From the NCBI GenBank assembly GCA_002716745.1, contig PBBW01000005.1, forward strand, positions 184,151 to 248,150: DNA of 64,000 nt, in the 5' to 3' direction. This DNA comes from Gammaproteobacteria bacterium. Lineage in GTDB: Bacteria; Pseudomonadota; Gammaproteobacteria; Magnimaribacterales; TMED112. The first letter of the stretch is position 1, and every line of letters starts with the position of its first letter. A program made the translations under genes and the position numbers. Positions 37,388 through 47,478 of this stretch are shown in pieces. The notes under the pieces were generated by a model that saw only the letters and a list, made by a program, of their open reading frames with translations, was not told where the DNA came from and did not search any database.

Positions 37388-38375
37388 AATAATAAGAAAA
37401 ATCCTATTTACCTTTCCCCCTGAATTCAGCCAGGCAATTTCTCATTACTTTTTAAAATTTTTCTCAAAACTTTATTATTTTGAACAAAGAAAATTTGAAG
37501 TAAAAGGACTAACAGTTAAAAATAGATTAGGCCTTGCAGCTGGGCTTGATAAGAATGGCCAACTTATAAAAAATTTTGATGACATTGGTTTTGGTTTTAT
37601 AGAAATTGGAACTGTTACACCACTCCCTCAAAATGGAAACAAAAAACCAAGAATACATCGAATTATAGAAAAAGAATCATTGCTAAATAGTCTTGGCTTT
37701 CCAAATCAGGGAGCCCAAGTTATAAGAAAAAGATTAATGCGATTACAAAAAGATTATTGCCTAGGGATAAACATAGGTCCCAATAAAAGCACTACCCCTG
37801 AAAATATGCATAAAGATTATCTCAATTGCTATGAAAAATTATCTGAATTTGCTGATTTTATTACAATAAATATTTCTTCTCCAAATACTCCTGATCTTCG
37901 AAAGCTACATAACGAAGAGTTTGTTATTAAAATTATTGATGAAATTACTAAATCAAGAGATGAGTCAAAATTTAAACCAAAAATATTTATTAAAATTTCT
38001 CCTGACGAAAGTGAAAAAGAGTATATAGATATTATTAGTGCAGTGAACAAAAGTAAAATTGATGGCCTGATCGTTTCAAATACCTCCAATAATAAAAAGC
38101 TCAAATCAATACTTAATGTTGCTAACAAAGATGGCGGAATATCTGGCAAAGCTATTAAAGAAAAATCTAATAAAATCCTTAAATTTGTTAAAAGTAAATT
38201 AGACAAGAAAAAAATTATTGTTGCAGTAGGCGGGGTTTTTGATGTAGATTCTTATTACGAAAAACTTGATTTAGGTGCTGATCTTGTTCAAATGTATACA
38301 GGGTTTATATATGAGGGACCAAATCTAATTAAAAGAATAGTTAAAAATGACAACCAAAAATCTAGTAATAGTTGA
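37380..38375 (+). CDS. pyrD: Dihydroorotate dehydrogenase (quinone), probable ATT start
   Basis: The frame is open from 37377. Residues upstream of the track's TTG (37680) include the conserved 'NRLGLAAGLDKNG' and 'GFIEIGTVTPLPQNGNKKPR'. The N-terminus 'IYKIIRKILF' aligns with E. coli 'MYYPFVRKALF'. GAGGA lies 7 nt upstream of ATT 37380. Confidence 0.8.
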   Translation: MYKIIRKILFTFPPEFSQAISHYFLKFFSKLYYFEQRKFEVKGLTVKNRLGLAAGLDKNGQLIKNFDDIGFGFIEIGTVTPLPQNGNKKPRIHRIIEKESLLNSLGFPNQGAQVIRKRLMRLQKDYCLGINIGPNKSTTPENMHKDYLNCYEKLSEFADFITINISSPNTPDLRKLHNEEFVIKIIDEITKSRDESKFKPKIFIKISPDESEKEYIDIISAVNKSKIDGLIVSNTSNNKKLKSILNVANKDGGISGKAIKEKSNKILKFVKSKLDKKKIIVAVGGVFDVDSYYEKLDLGADLVQMYTGFIYEGPNLIKRIVKNDNQKSSNS

Positions 38376-40839
38376 GTCACCATCAAAAGCTAAAACTATC
38401 AGCAAATATCTGGGAGCTGATTTCTTAGTTAAATCAAGCGTAGGCCATGTAAGACGTTTGCCAAAGGGCAGCAAAGCAGTTAACCATGAAGATTGGTCAA
38501 TCTCATACGAAATTGATCCAAAAAAAGAAAAAGTTGTAAAAGATTTAAAAAAATCTACTAAAGGAGTTGAAAATATTTTTCTTGCAACAGACTTGGATAG
38601 AGAGGGAGAGGCGATAGCTTGGCATCTAAAAGAAATCCTGGGAAAAAAATTTAAATACAACAGGATTAGATTTAATGAAATTACTAAAGGCGCAATACAG
38701 GAAGCTTTTAAAAACCCAGGAGAACTTGATCAAGGGCTTATAAATGCGCAAGTTACTAGAAGAATCCTTGATAGAATTGTTGGATATGGTTTGTCAGGAA
38801 TTTTATGGAAAAAGATAGGAAGTTATGGGAAATTATCTGCTGGAAGGGTCCAATCGGTTGCAGTTAGATTAGTTGTTGAACGAGAAAAGGAAATTAATTC
38901 ATTTTCCCCAAAAGAATATTGGGAGATAGAGGTAGATATAAAACACGAAGACAAAATAATAACTTTTAAATTAAATACTAAAAAATCAAATCTTGATATT
39001 TCATCTAAAGAAGAGGCTGATCAACTTGCAAATTCATTGGAGGGTTCAGAGATTGAGATATTTGAAAATGAAAAAACAAAACGCAAAATCCCTGTAAAAC
39101 CTCCATTTATTACTTCAACACTTCAGCAAACTTCCAGCTCATTTTTAGGTTTTAGTCTTTCAAAAACTATGAAATTAGCACAAGACCTTTATACAGGAGG
39201 ATACATTTCATATATGCGAACTGATTCGCCAAACATTAGTATTTTGGCACAAAATAATTGTAAACAGTTTCTTTTAGATAATTATGGAGACGCTTACAGT
39301 ACACCCAGAAATTTTTCAGCAAAATCCTCAAATACTCAAGAGGCTCATGAAGCAATTAGACCAACAGATGTAACATTTTTAACAAAGGATCTCTCTTTAA
39401 GCCAAGACCATCAGAAATTATATAATCTAATCTGGTCAAGATTTGTTGCATCTCAGATGCCTCAACCAGAGATAGTTGTAAACAGCATAAGAGCAAAAAA
39501 CGATACCAGAATTTTTGAAACTTCTGTGAGCAGTGTAAGCTTTGATGGATTTTATAAGGTAATGCCTCCTGGTAAATCTAGTGGCTACGTTGATTATAAC
39601 TTGGAAGATTTATCTGAAGGTTTCTTAAAGAAAATTGAAAAAACAGAAAAATCACAGCATTTTACCAAACCTCCTTCAAGGTTCTCAGAAGCTAGTTTAG
39701 TGAAAGAACTTGAAAAAAGAGGTATTGGTAGACCTTCTACGTACAATGAAATAATTACTAATATCCAAGACAGAGGTTATGTTAAAAGTGAAAGTAGAAG
39801 ACTCTTTGCTAATAAGATTGCAAACTTAGTTTGTGATAGATTGTCTGATGCTTTTCCAAAAATAATGGATTATGGTTTCACAGCTGAAATGGAAACGAGC
39901 TTAGATAGTATTGCAGAGGGTGAGGAAAATTTTAAAAACTTCTTAACTCAAACAAACAAGCAATTTGAGGGTTCATTAATAAATGCAGAGGAAAAAATGA
40001 AACCAAATTTAGCAATTGCAACTGAAGTTCAATGCACTGAATGTGATTGCGATAGAAAAATGCTTCTGAGAACAAATCAGAACGGACAATTTCTTGGCTG
40101 TGAAGGATATTCTGATGAAGGCGATAAACAGTGTAAAAAAACTTACTCATTAATATCAGATGAGTTACTTGCCGATAGCGATGATAAAGAGGCTGAAAAT
40201 ATCTTTAACAAACCAAAATGTCATTTATGCGGTGCCATTATGGATGGATTTATTATTGACGATGAAAGGAAACTTCATATCTGCTCAAGATCACCAATAT
40301 GTAAAGGCACAAAGCTAGAAGAGGGAAATTTTATTAAACCAAAGAATGCAGATGAGGAACTCATTGATTGCCACAAATGTGATTCTAAGATGGAGCTTAA
40401 ATTAGGTAGGTTCGGAAAATATTTTAGCTGCCAGTCAGAATCTTGCACTGCCACTAGACAGCTTATGAAAAATGGGCAATTGAAACCAGTATTTATGGAT
40501 CCAATCAAACTTGAACACATTAAATGTCAAAAGTGTGACGATTTTTACTTATTAAGAGATAGTTTAAAAGGATTATTTTTAGCAGCTTCTCAGTTTCCAA
40601 AAAATAGAGAAACCAGAGCTCCTTTTGTTCATGAAATTAAAAACGTACTTTCGCTCTTACCCGAAAAATACCAGCATTTTGCCAATGCCCCTGATAGTGA
40701 CACTGATGGAGATAGTCTAGTAATAAGGTTCAATAGAAAAGATGCGTCCCACACCCTGTCATCAGAAAAAGATGGTAAAAAGAAAAAAACTTTTTACGTT
40801 CATGAGAATTCTTCATGGCAAGAAAAAGCAAGAGATTAG
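38347..40839 (+). CDS. topA: DNA topoisomerase I
   Basis: Toprim 'LVIVESPSKAKTI..YLG', 'ATDLDREGEAIAWH', the catalytic Tyr region 'ISYMRTDS' and several C-terminal Cys4 zinc ribbons. Confidence 0.95.
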   Translation: MTTKNLVIVESPSKAKTISKYLGADFLVKSSVGHVRRLPKGSKAVNHEDWSISYEIDPKKEKVVKDLKKSTKGVENIFLATDLDREGEAIAWHLKEILGKKFKYNRIRFNEITKGAIQEAFKNPGELDQGLINAQVTRRILDRIVGYGLSGILWKKIGSYGKLSAGRVQSVAVRLVVEREKEINSFSPKEYWEIEVDIKHEDKIITFKLNTKKSNLDISSKEEADQLANSLEGSEIEIFENEKTKRKIPVKPPFITSTLQQTSSSFLGFSLSKTMKLAQDLYTGGYISYMRTDSPNISILAQNNCKQFLLDNYGDAYSTPRNFSAKSSNTQEAHEAIRPTDVTFLTKDLSLSQDHQKLYNLIWSRFVASQMPQPEIVVNSIRAKNDTRIFETSVSSVSFDGFYKVMPPGKSSGYVDYNLEDLSEGFLKKIEKTEKSQHFTKPPSRFSEASLVKELEKRGIGRPSTYNEIITNIQDRGYVKSESRRLFANKIANLVCDRLSDAFPKIMDYGFTAEMETSLDSIAEGEENFKNFLTQTNKQFEGSLINAEEKMKPNLAIATEVQCTECDCDRKMLLRTNQNGQFLGCEGYSDEGDKQCKKTYSLISDELLADSDDKEAENIFNKPKCHLCGAIMDGFIIDDERKLHICSRSPICKGTKLEEGNFIKPKNADEELIDCHKCDSKMELKLGRFGKYFSCQSESCTATRQLMKNGQLKPVFMDPIKLEHIKCQKCDDFYLLRDSLKGLFLAASQFPKNRETRAPFVHEIKNVLSLLPEKYQHFANAPDSDTDGDSLVIRFNRKDASHTLSSEKDGKKKKTFYVHENSSWQEKARD

Positions 40840-40883
40840 TTAAAATCACTTTATATATTTATAAAAGAACCTAATATAAAACT

Positions 40884-41147
40884 ATGTCCAAATATTTAGA
40901 ATTAGTAGAAATATCAGATGGGGTAATAGTTTTAAGACGATCAGATACAAAAGAAGCACCATTAGTAAAAATTGAATTTTCAAAAGAAGTTAAAAACTTA
41001 TTAAATGGAATGGAATTTGACGTTGCAAAAGAGATGATAAAATCTGGAATCGAAACTTTAAATTCAGATATTGATGTTGAGGGGCTTGATGAAGAACTCG
41101 CAGAACAATTGCTTGAGAAAGAAAGCCCAAACAGAGTTGTTCACTAG
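40884..41147 (+). CDS. Hypothetical small acidic protein (87 aa)
   Basis: ORF only, with no recognisable family. Its 3' end overlaps lexA convergently by 4 nt. Confidence 0.35.
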   Translation: MSKYLELVEISDGVIVLRRSDTKEAPLVKIEFSKEVKNLLNGMEFDVAKEMIKSGIETLNSDIDVEGLDEELAEQLLEKESPNRVVH

Positions 41148-41734
41148 TTTACATTTTCTCTTACAATGCCCACAGCGATTCCTTCAATGATAAAATTCAT
41201 AGATTCATCAATCAAAATGTCATTAAAAGATTTATTTTCAGCAATTAGATGAACTTTATTTCCAATTTTCTTAAATCTTTTTAAAGTTACTTCTTCATCA
41301 ATCCTTGCTACAACTATCTGTCCAGTTTCTGGTTGAAAGCTTTTCTTGACCCCTACCAAGTCATTCTCTAAGATTCCAGCATCGACCATACTTGCACCTT
41401 TAACTCTAAGGAAATAATCAACATGCTTATTTAGAGGGTTAGGAATATTTTTTTCAACATTTTCAATAGCTGTTATTGGCATACCTGCCGCAACAGATCC
41501 TACTAAGGGTACGCCAGTTAGATCTTCAACTAACCTTATTCCTCTAGAACTTCCTGGAACCTTTTCAATCACACCCTTTTTAACTAAGGCTTTAATGTGT
41601 GATTCAGCTGCATTTACAGATTTAAAATTTAAGGTTCTAGCAATTTCTGCTCTTGTGGGCGGGTAGCCATTCAGAGATAAATGGTTTTTAATAACATCAA
41701 AAACTTTTATTTGTTGACTTGTAAGGTTTAACAT
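41144..41734 (-). CDS. lexA: LexA repressor
   Basis: Starting at the internal Met, 'MLNLTSQQIKVFDVIKNHLSLNGYPPTRAEIA' aligns with the E. coli LexA N-terminus. Cleavage site 'VAAG', catalytic 'GASM' (Ser) and 'TLKRF' (Lys) are all present. The 21 codons upstream in the longest ORF translate the AT-rich promoter. Confidence 0.9.
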   Translation of the reverse strand: MLNLTSQQIKVFDVIKNHLSLNGYPPTRAEIARTLNFKSVNAAESHIKALVKKGVIEKVPGSSRGIRLVEDLTGVPLVGSVAAGMPITAIENVEKNIPNPLNKHVDYFLRVKGASMVDAGILENDLVGVKKSFQPETGQIVVARIDEEVTLKRFKKIGNKVHLIAENKSFNDILIDESMNFIIEGIAVGIVRENVN

Positions 41735-41753
41735 ACTGTAATTATATACAGTA
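41734..41753. promoter_or_regulatory. LexA (SOS) box between lexA and the divergent 5'-nucleotidase-like gene
   Basis: TACTGTAATTATATACAGTA is a palindromic CTGT-N8-ACAG with TA-rich spacer. Its last base is the A of the lexA ATG (minus strand). Confidence 0.85.
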
Positions 41754-41775
41754 AAAATAAAAAAAAGCAATTTAA

Positions 41776-42654
41776 ATGAGTATTTTAAAAATAGCAATTA
41801 GTTCAAGGGCCCTTTTTGATTTAAATGATAGCCATAAAGTCTTTAAAGAAAAAGGAATTGAAAAATATTCTAAATTTCAAAAAAAACATGAAAATAGTGT
41901 TCTCAAGAAAGGTGTTGCATTTCCTCTTGTTGAAAAGTTGCTCAAAATGAATACAAAAAATGCAGATTTTGTAGAGGTAATTCTTTTATCAAGGAATAGC
42001 TCTGATACCGGACTAAGAATATTTAATTCAATTGAAAAATACGGTCTAAACATTTCAAGAGCAGTTTTTTCCGGTGGTGAAAGCCCATTTCCTTATGTTG
42101 ATGCTCTTGATATTGATTTATTTTTATCTGCAGATGTTAATGATGTTCAGACCGCTATTCAAAATAACATCGCATCAGCGCATATTTTTACAGATAAATT
42201 AAATTTCTCACAGAGCAACCAATTAAGAATTGCATTTGATGCTGATGCAGTAATTTTTTCAGATGAATCTGAGATAGTTTTTAAAAAGAAGGGCCTTAAA
42301 AAATATCTAAAGCAAGAGGGTGAATCCAGGAAACCAATGCCTCCTGGACCTTTTAATAATTTTTTAAAAAAATTAAATCTTATCCAATCAAATTTCGAAG
42401 CAGACGATTGCCCAATTAGAATTGCATTAGTTACAGCAAGAGCTGCACCGGCTCACAAAAGAGTCATTAATACTTTACGGGATGAAAATATTAGGATTGA
42501 CGAGACTTTTTTTCTAGGTGGTCTTCCGAAAGGAAAATTTCTTAAAGGTTTCTCAGCAGATATCTTCTTTGACGATCTTGCTGAAAATTGCAGGGAAGCA
42601 ACTAGCCATGTTTCTACTGGTCATGTACCATACGGAATAAATAATCCTAAATGA
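41776..42654 (+). CDS. 5'-nucleotidase-like protein (cN-IA-related bacterial family)
   Basis: 'ISSRALFDL..S..VF...G...Y', 'RIAFDADAVIFSDESE', 'IALVTARAAPAHKRVINTL' and 'FFLGG..K...L....ADIFFDD'. This is the HAD-like pattern I associate with PF06189. Confidence 0.55.
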   Translation: MSILKIAISSRALFDLNDSHKVFKEKGIEKYSKFQKKHENSVLKKGVAFPLVEKLLKMNTKNADFVEVILLSRNSSDTGLRIFNSIEKYGLNISRAVFSGGESPFPYVDALDIDLFLSADVNDVQTAIQNNIASAHIFTDKLNFSQSNQLRIAFDADAVIFSDESEIVFKKKGLKKYLKQEGESRKPMPPGPFNNFLKKLNLIQSNFEADDCPIRIALVTARAAPAHKRVINTLRDENIRIDETFFLGGLPKGKFLKGFSADIFFDDLAENCREATSHVSTGHVPYGINNPK

Positions 42655-43238
42655 AAATTCTTTGCACAGACCTTGAAGGCACTCTCGCCCCAGAAATTTG
42701 GCAAGAAATTGCCTCAGAATTTAATATTCCTGATTTAAATTATACAACAAGGGAAATTCCAGAATTTGATGATCTTATGAAAATGAGGATGAATGTTCTG
42801 AAAGAAAATAAAATTAAATTTTCTGTCATTAAAGATTTTTTAAACACTATTGAACCTTTTGATGGAGCAAAAAGTTTTTTAAATGCCCTTAATAAAAACT
42901 ATCAAGTCGCAATAGTATCAGATACTTTTTATGAGCTAGCCTTGCCAATAGTTGAGAAGTTAGGTAATTACCCAATCTTTTGCCACCATCTGCAAATTGA
43001 AGAAAATTTTATTAAATCATTCATAAAAAGACAAAATGATCCAAAAAAGAATGTTGTGAGAGGTTTTAAATTAATGAACTATGAATGTTTTTGCATTGGT
43101 GATTCTTATAATGACATTCAAATGATTGATGAATCTAAAGGAGCTTTTATATTCGCCCCTAAAGAAATTAGAGAATCACGGCCTGATATAATGGGATTTA
43201 ATAATTATGAAGAGTTGCAGAAATTTTTATTAAAATGA
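42651..43238 (+). CDS. thrH: Phosphoserine phosphatase / homoserine phosphotransferase (ThrH-type HAD)
   Basis: '[17 protein letters not shown]', 'VSDTFYELA' and 'GDSYNDIQM' are collinear with Pseudomonas ThrH as I recall it. Confidence 0.7.
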   Translation: MKILCTDLEGTLAPEIWQEIASEFNIPDLNYTTREIPEFDDLMKMRMNVLKENKIKFSVIKDFLNTIEPFDGAKSFLNALNKNYQVAIVSDTFYELALPIVEKLGNYPIFCHHLQIEENFIKSFIKRQNDPKKNVVRGFKLMNYECFCIGDSYNDIQMIDESKGAFIFAPKEIRESRPDIMGFNNYEELQKFLLK

Positions 43239-43900
43239 ATACGTACAGTTTAGAAACCTTCAAAAGACCCAAACTAAAAATGCCTTATGGTGCTAAAAAG
43301 CTCTTAATGCATAGCTGCTGTGCCCCTTGTGCTGGTGAGATAATGGAAGCAGTTGCTGCATCAAACATTGATACTACAATATATTTTTACAATCCAAACA
43401 TTCATCCAAAGGAAGAGTATGAGATAAGAAAAGATGAAAATATTAGGTTTGCAAAAAAGCTTGGCTTTAGCTTTATAGATGCTGATTATGATAAAGATTA
43501 TTGGTTTGAAAGAGTAAAAGGTTATGAAGATGCTCCTGAGAGGGGAGATAGATGTACAATTTGCTTTGACATGAGATTTGAAAGAAGCGCTTTATATGCT
43601 CATGAGAATAATTTTGACATTTTCACGACAACTCTTGGAATTTCAAGATGGAAAGATTTAGATCAGATTAATAATTCTGGCTTAAGAGCTGCAAACAGGT
43701 ATAATAAGCTGAATTTTTGGGATTTTAATTGGCGAAAACAGGGTGGATCTTCACGCATGCTTGAAATTTCAAAAAAAGAAAACTTCTACAAACAAGAGTA
43801 TTGTGGTTGCGTTTATAGCCTGAGAGATACAAATAGGTGGAGAAAATCTAACGACCGTGAAATTATAAAAAGAGGAATTAACTTCTACGAGATAAAATAA
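43235..43900 (+). CDS. queH: Epoxyqueuosine reductase QueH (DUF208)
   Basis: '[13 protein letters not shown]', '[11 protein letters not shown]', 'RCTICF' and 'QEYCGCVYS'. Confidence 0.8.
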   Translation: MNTYSLETFKRPKLKMPYGAKKLLMHSCCAPCAGEIMEAVAASNIDTTIYFYNPNIHPKEEYEIRKDENIRFAKKLGFSFIDADYDKDYWFERVKGYEDAPERGDRCTICFDMRFERSALYAHENNFDIFTTTLGISRWKDLDQINNSGLRAANRYNKLNFWDFNWRKQGGSSRMLEISKKENFYKQEYCGCVYSLRDTNRWRKSNDREIIKRGINFYEIK

Positions 43901-45015
43901 TGAAAAAACTTGAGGGGGCAGGCTTAAGAGGTCAAACAGCTGGCCAAACATCACTTTCTACAGTTGAACAAGAGGGTAGCCTTAGATATCTTGGTTACAG
44001 TATTGAGGATCTTTCAGAAAACGCTTCTTTTGAGGAGGTTGCATATCTTCTTTTGCTTGGCAGATTGCCAACATCTGAAGAGCTTTCTAATTTTGAGAAA
44101 GAGTTAATTGCAATGAGAAACATGCCAGATTCTCTTAAAACAATGATTGAGTCCATTCCTGGCTCTGCACATCCAATGGAAGTTATTCGTACAATTATCT
44201 CTTTTATGGGTGTTGTTGAGCCTGAAGAATCTTTTGATGATCAGCTTAAAGTTGCAAAGAGACTAATGAGCGTCACAACTACTGCAATAGTTTACTGGTA
44301 TAACTTCTCTAAAACTGGAAAAAGAATTGAGCAAGTATCGAACGAAAAGTCGCTTGCAGCCCATTTCCTAAGTCTTCTTAGACAAGAGGATATACCTGAA
44401 TTACACAAAAAAACTCTTGATGTGTCATTAACACTTTATGCAGAACATGAGTTTAATGCATCTACATTTACTGGAAGAGTTTGTGCATCAACATTATCTG
44501 ATCTGCACTCATGCCTAACAGCAGCAGTTGGAAGTCTAAGAGGGCCATTACATGGTGGAGCAAATGAAGAAGCTATGAAAATGTTAGAAGAAATAAAATC
44601 AGTAGAAGAAGTAAAAGGATTTGTTGATCAAAAATTTGATAATAAAGAAAAAATTATGGGGTTTGGCCATGCTGTATATTCAATTAAAGACCCCCGTAGT
44701 GATATTATAAAGGAATACTCCAAAAAACTTTCTTCTGGTCATGAGAAAAAACTTCTTCACGATGCTGCAACGGAGATGGAGGCATATATGTGGGAAAAGA
44801 AAAAGTTATTTCCCAACACTGACTTTTTTCATGCACCTGCATATCATTATATTGGTATACCTACGGCTTTATTTACTCCATTATTTGCTATCGCAAGAAT
44901 TGTCGGATGGTCAGCACATGCATTTGAACAAAGAGGTAATAATAGAATAATTCGACCTAGTGCAGAATATATTGGTCCAGAGGATAGAAGCTGGGTTGAT
45001 ATAGAAGAAAGGTGA
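43900..45015 (+). CDS. prpC: 2-methylcitrate synthase / citrate synthase
   Basis: Citrate-synthase motifs 'LYAEHEFNAST', 'GPLHGGANE', 'GFGHAVY' and 'D.R'. The 371-aa size and the adjacent prpD favour PrpC. Confidence 0.8.
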   Translation: MKKLEGAGLRGQTAGQTSLSTVEQEGSLRYLGYSIEDLSENASFEEVAYLLLLGRLPTSEELSNFEKELIAMRNMPDSLKTMIESIPGSAHPMEVIRTIISFMGVVEPEESFDDQLKVAKRLMSVTTTAIVYWYNFSKTGKRIEQVSNEKSLAAHFLSLLRQEDIPELHKKTLDVSLTLYAEHEFNASTFTGRVCASTLSDLHSCLTAAVGSLRGPLHGGANEEAMKMLEEIKSVEEVKGFVDQKFDNKEKIMGFGHAVYSIKDPRSDIIKEYSKKLSSGHEKKLLHDAATEMEAYMWEKKKLFPNTDFFHAPAYHYIGIPTALFTPLFAIARIVGWSAHAFEQRGNNRIIRPSAEYIGPEDRSWVDIEER

Positions 45016-46403
45016 TGTCTAGTTTTAACCCTCTCATAGAGAAAATAACGAATTTTGCCCAAACATATGAAGCGGCCGGGGACACCCTGCAGGAAGCTCG
45101 CATATGTTTCTATGATAGCCTAGCATGCGCATTCCTTGCGCTTGAGCATTCTCAGGCACAAAATTTTTGTGCTCTTCCTTACATTAAAAATTCTTCCGGC
45201 TCTGTCGGAGTTATCGGAACAGATATTAAAACGAATGTTATCGATGCGACTTTGCTAAATGGCGCATTGATAAGGTGGTTAGATTTTAATGATACATGGC
45301 TTGCAAAAGAATGGGGTCATCCCTCGGATAATCTTTCTACAATCCTTGCATTGACCGACTATCTTGACAAAGAGCAGGATAAAAAATTTACATTTAAAGA
45401 TATTTTAAATTTCATGGTTATTGCACATGAAATCCAAGGGTCGTTAGCGATTGAAAATAGTTTCAACAAAGTTGGCTTAGACCACGTGTTGCTTGTTAAA
45501 ATCGCTTCTGCAGCTGTTGCCTCAAAAATGCTAGGCCATGATTATATACAAATGAGCTCTGTGATAAGTAATGCATTTCTAGATGGTCAAAGCCTACGGA
45601 CGTACAGGCATTTTCCAAATACAGGAGCAAGAAAAAGTTGGGCTGCCGGTGATGCTGCATCGAAAGGATTAAAACAGGCATTTATATCAGAGGTAAGCGA
45701 CGAGGGATATCCCACAGCTATTACAGCAAAAGTTTGGGGGTTTAATGATGTCTTAATGAGAGATAACCCTCTAAAACTCCAAAGAAATCTTAACTCATAC
45801 GTTATGGATAATATCTTATATAAAGTGAACTTTCCTGCAGAATTTCATGCTCAAACTGCAGCAGAAGCCGCTATTAAGTTGAGCAAAAAACTCTCTGGAA
45901 AACTTGATGAAATTACAAAGATTGAAATTCAAACACAGGAACCTGGAGTGAGAATTATATCAAAGAAAGGACCATTAAAAAATTATGCAGATAGAGACCA
46001 TTGCATAGAATATATTGTGGCTTGGTGTCTAATAAATGGATCACTTGATGCAAATTCTTATGATGATGTGTCCGCTTCTAATCCAAAAATAGACCAGCTT
46101 AGAGATCTTACTTCAACCCATGAAAATCAATCATATACAAATAGATATTATGATCTTGCAGAGCGGGCAATCCCAAATAGCGTGACTGTAAAGCTTGGTT
46201 CTGGCGAAATGTTTACAGAAGAGGTTATCTATCCTTTAGGACATAGAAACAGAAGAGATGAGTCAAAACCGTTTCTTGGAGCTAAATTTGAGAAAAGTTT
46301 AAAAAAATCCAACTTAGATAAATCTTTTTTGTTAGACGCTTATAAGAATGAAGCTATAGATAAAGTTGAAATTTACGATATTCTAACGAAAATATATAAA
46401 TAA
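45012..46403 (+). CDS. prpD: 2-methylcitrate dehydratase (MmgE/PrpD family)
   Basis: 463 aa, PrpD-like throughout ('WLDFNDTW...HPSDN', 'YPLGHRNRR'). Overlaps the prpC stop. Confidence 0.8.
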   Translation: MMSSFNPLIEKITNFAQTYEAAGDTLQEARICFYDSLACAFLALEHSQAQNFCALPYIKNSSGSVGVIGTDIKTNVIDATLLNGALIRWLDFNDTWLAKEWGHPSDNLSTILALTDYLDKEQDKKFTFKDILNFMVIAHEIQGSLAIENSFNKVGLDHVLLVKIASAAVASKMLGHDYIQMSSVISNAFLDGQSLRTYRHFPNTGARKSWAAGDAASKGLKQAFISEVSDEGYPTAITAKVWGFNDVLMRDNPLKLQRNLNSYVMDNILYKVNFPAEFHAQTAAEAAIKLSKKLSGKLDEITKIEIQTQEPGVRIISKKGPLKNYADRDHCIEYIVAWCLINGSLDANSYDDVSASNPKIDQLRDLTSTHENQSYTNRYYDLAERAIPNSVTVKLGSGEMFTEEVIYPLGHRNRRDESKPFLGAKFEKSLKKSNLDKSFLLDAYKNEAIDKVEIYDILTKIYK

Positions 46404-46404
46404 T

Positions 46405-47478
46405 ATGTCAGGCAATACATTCGGAAAACTTTTTAGACTTACTACATTTGGTGAGAGCCATGGTATTGCACTTGGGGCAATAGTGGATGGATGCCCCCCA
46501 AATATTTTACTTTCAGAAAATGACATACAGATAGAGTTGGACAAAAGGAAGCCTGGCCAATCAAAGTTTGTTACGCAAAGAAAAGAAGATGATCAAATAC
46601 AGATTCTCTCTGGTATTTTTGAGGGCAAAACAACAGGCACACCAATAGGCCTGATAGTAAAAAATAAGGATCAAAAATCTAAGGATTACAGCAACATTAA
46701 AGATAAATTTCGCCCTGGGCATGCAGATATAACCTATCAAGAAAAATATGGTATTAGAGATTACAGAGGCGGAGGGAGATCAAGTGCAAGAGAAACAGTC
46801 ATGAGAGTTGCAGGGGGTGCGATTGCCAAAAAAGTTTTGAAAGGACTTGGAATCAATACACAAGCTGGGGTTGTTCAAATTGGAGATATAGAAACTGACA
46901 ATCTGAATTTAAATGACTGCTCCAAAAATGTTTTTAATTTCGCTGATAATTCAAAAACCAAAACAATTGAAAAATTTTTTCAGAAACTTACAAAAGATCA
47001 AGATTCTATAGGTGCAAAAATTTTAATCCAGGTAAGAGGTTTACCTTCAGGTGTTGGGTCACCAGTATTTTCAAAATTAGATGCAGAAATTGCAAAAGCT
47101 GTAATGAGTGTAAATGCTGTTAAAGCTGTTGAGGTGGGTGAGGGCGTAAAGGTAGCATTTATGAGAGGATCACAAAATAGAGACTTAATAAAAAAAGATG
47201 GATATCAAACAAATAATTCTGGTGGAATTCTTGGTGGCATTTCTAATGGGGACTTAATAAATGTCTATGCATCTTTAAAACCAACTTCAAGCATCTCACA
47301 ACCAACAAAGACACTTAATAGTTCTAATAAAGAAGTAGAGCTAGCCATAAAGGGCAGACATGATCCTTGTGTAGGAATCAGAGCTGTACCAATATTAGAA
47401 GCAATGGTATCAATTTGCCTTCTTGATCAAATTCTTATAGATAAAGGACAATGTTTTAATGTTGAAAGAAAGCCTTAA
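46405..47478 (+). CDS. aroC: Chorismate synthase
   Basis: 'MSGNTFGKLFRLTTFGESHG', 'RPGHAD.TY..KYG.RDYRGGGRSSARET' and 'GRHDPCV'. Confidence 0.95.
   Translation: MSGNTFGKLFRLTTFGESHGIALGAIVDGCPPNILLSENDIQIELDKRKPGQSKFVTQRKEDDQIQILSGIFEGKTTGTPIGLIVKNKDQKSKDYSNIKDKFRPGHADITYQEKYGIRDYRGGGRSSARETVMRVAGGAIAKKVLKGLGINTQAGVVQIGDIETDNLNLNDCSKNVFNFADNSKTKTIEKFFQKLTKDQDSIGAKILIQVRGLPSGVGSPVFSKLDAEIAKAVMSVNAVKAVEVGEGVKVAFMRGSQNRDLIKKDGYQTNNSGGILGGISNGDLINVYASLKPTSSISQPTKTLNSSNKEVELAIKGRHDPCVGIRAVPILEAMVSICLLDQILIDKGQCFNVERKP

Noticed and set aside
41735-41797. N-terminal extensions in the longest-ORF calls: lexA to 41797, aldolase to 5946, prepilin peptidase to 9742 and S41 protease to 33312.
   Set aside because: The extra residues translate AT-rich promoter or neighbouring-gene sequence ('MLFLKYSFKLLFFIFTVYNYS' for lexA). 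They overlap divergent start codons. Homologue N-termini align with the internal Met.
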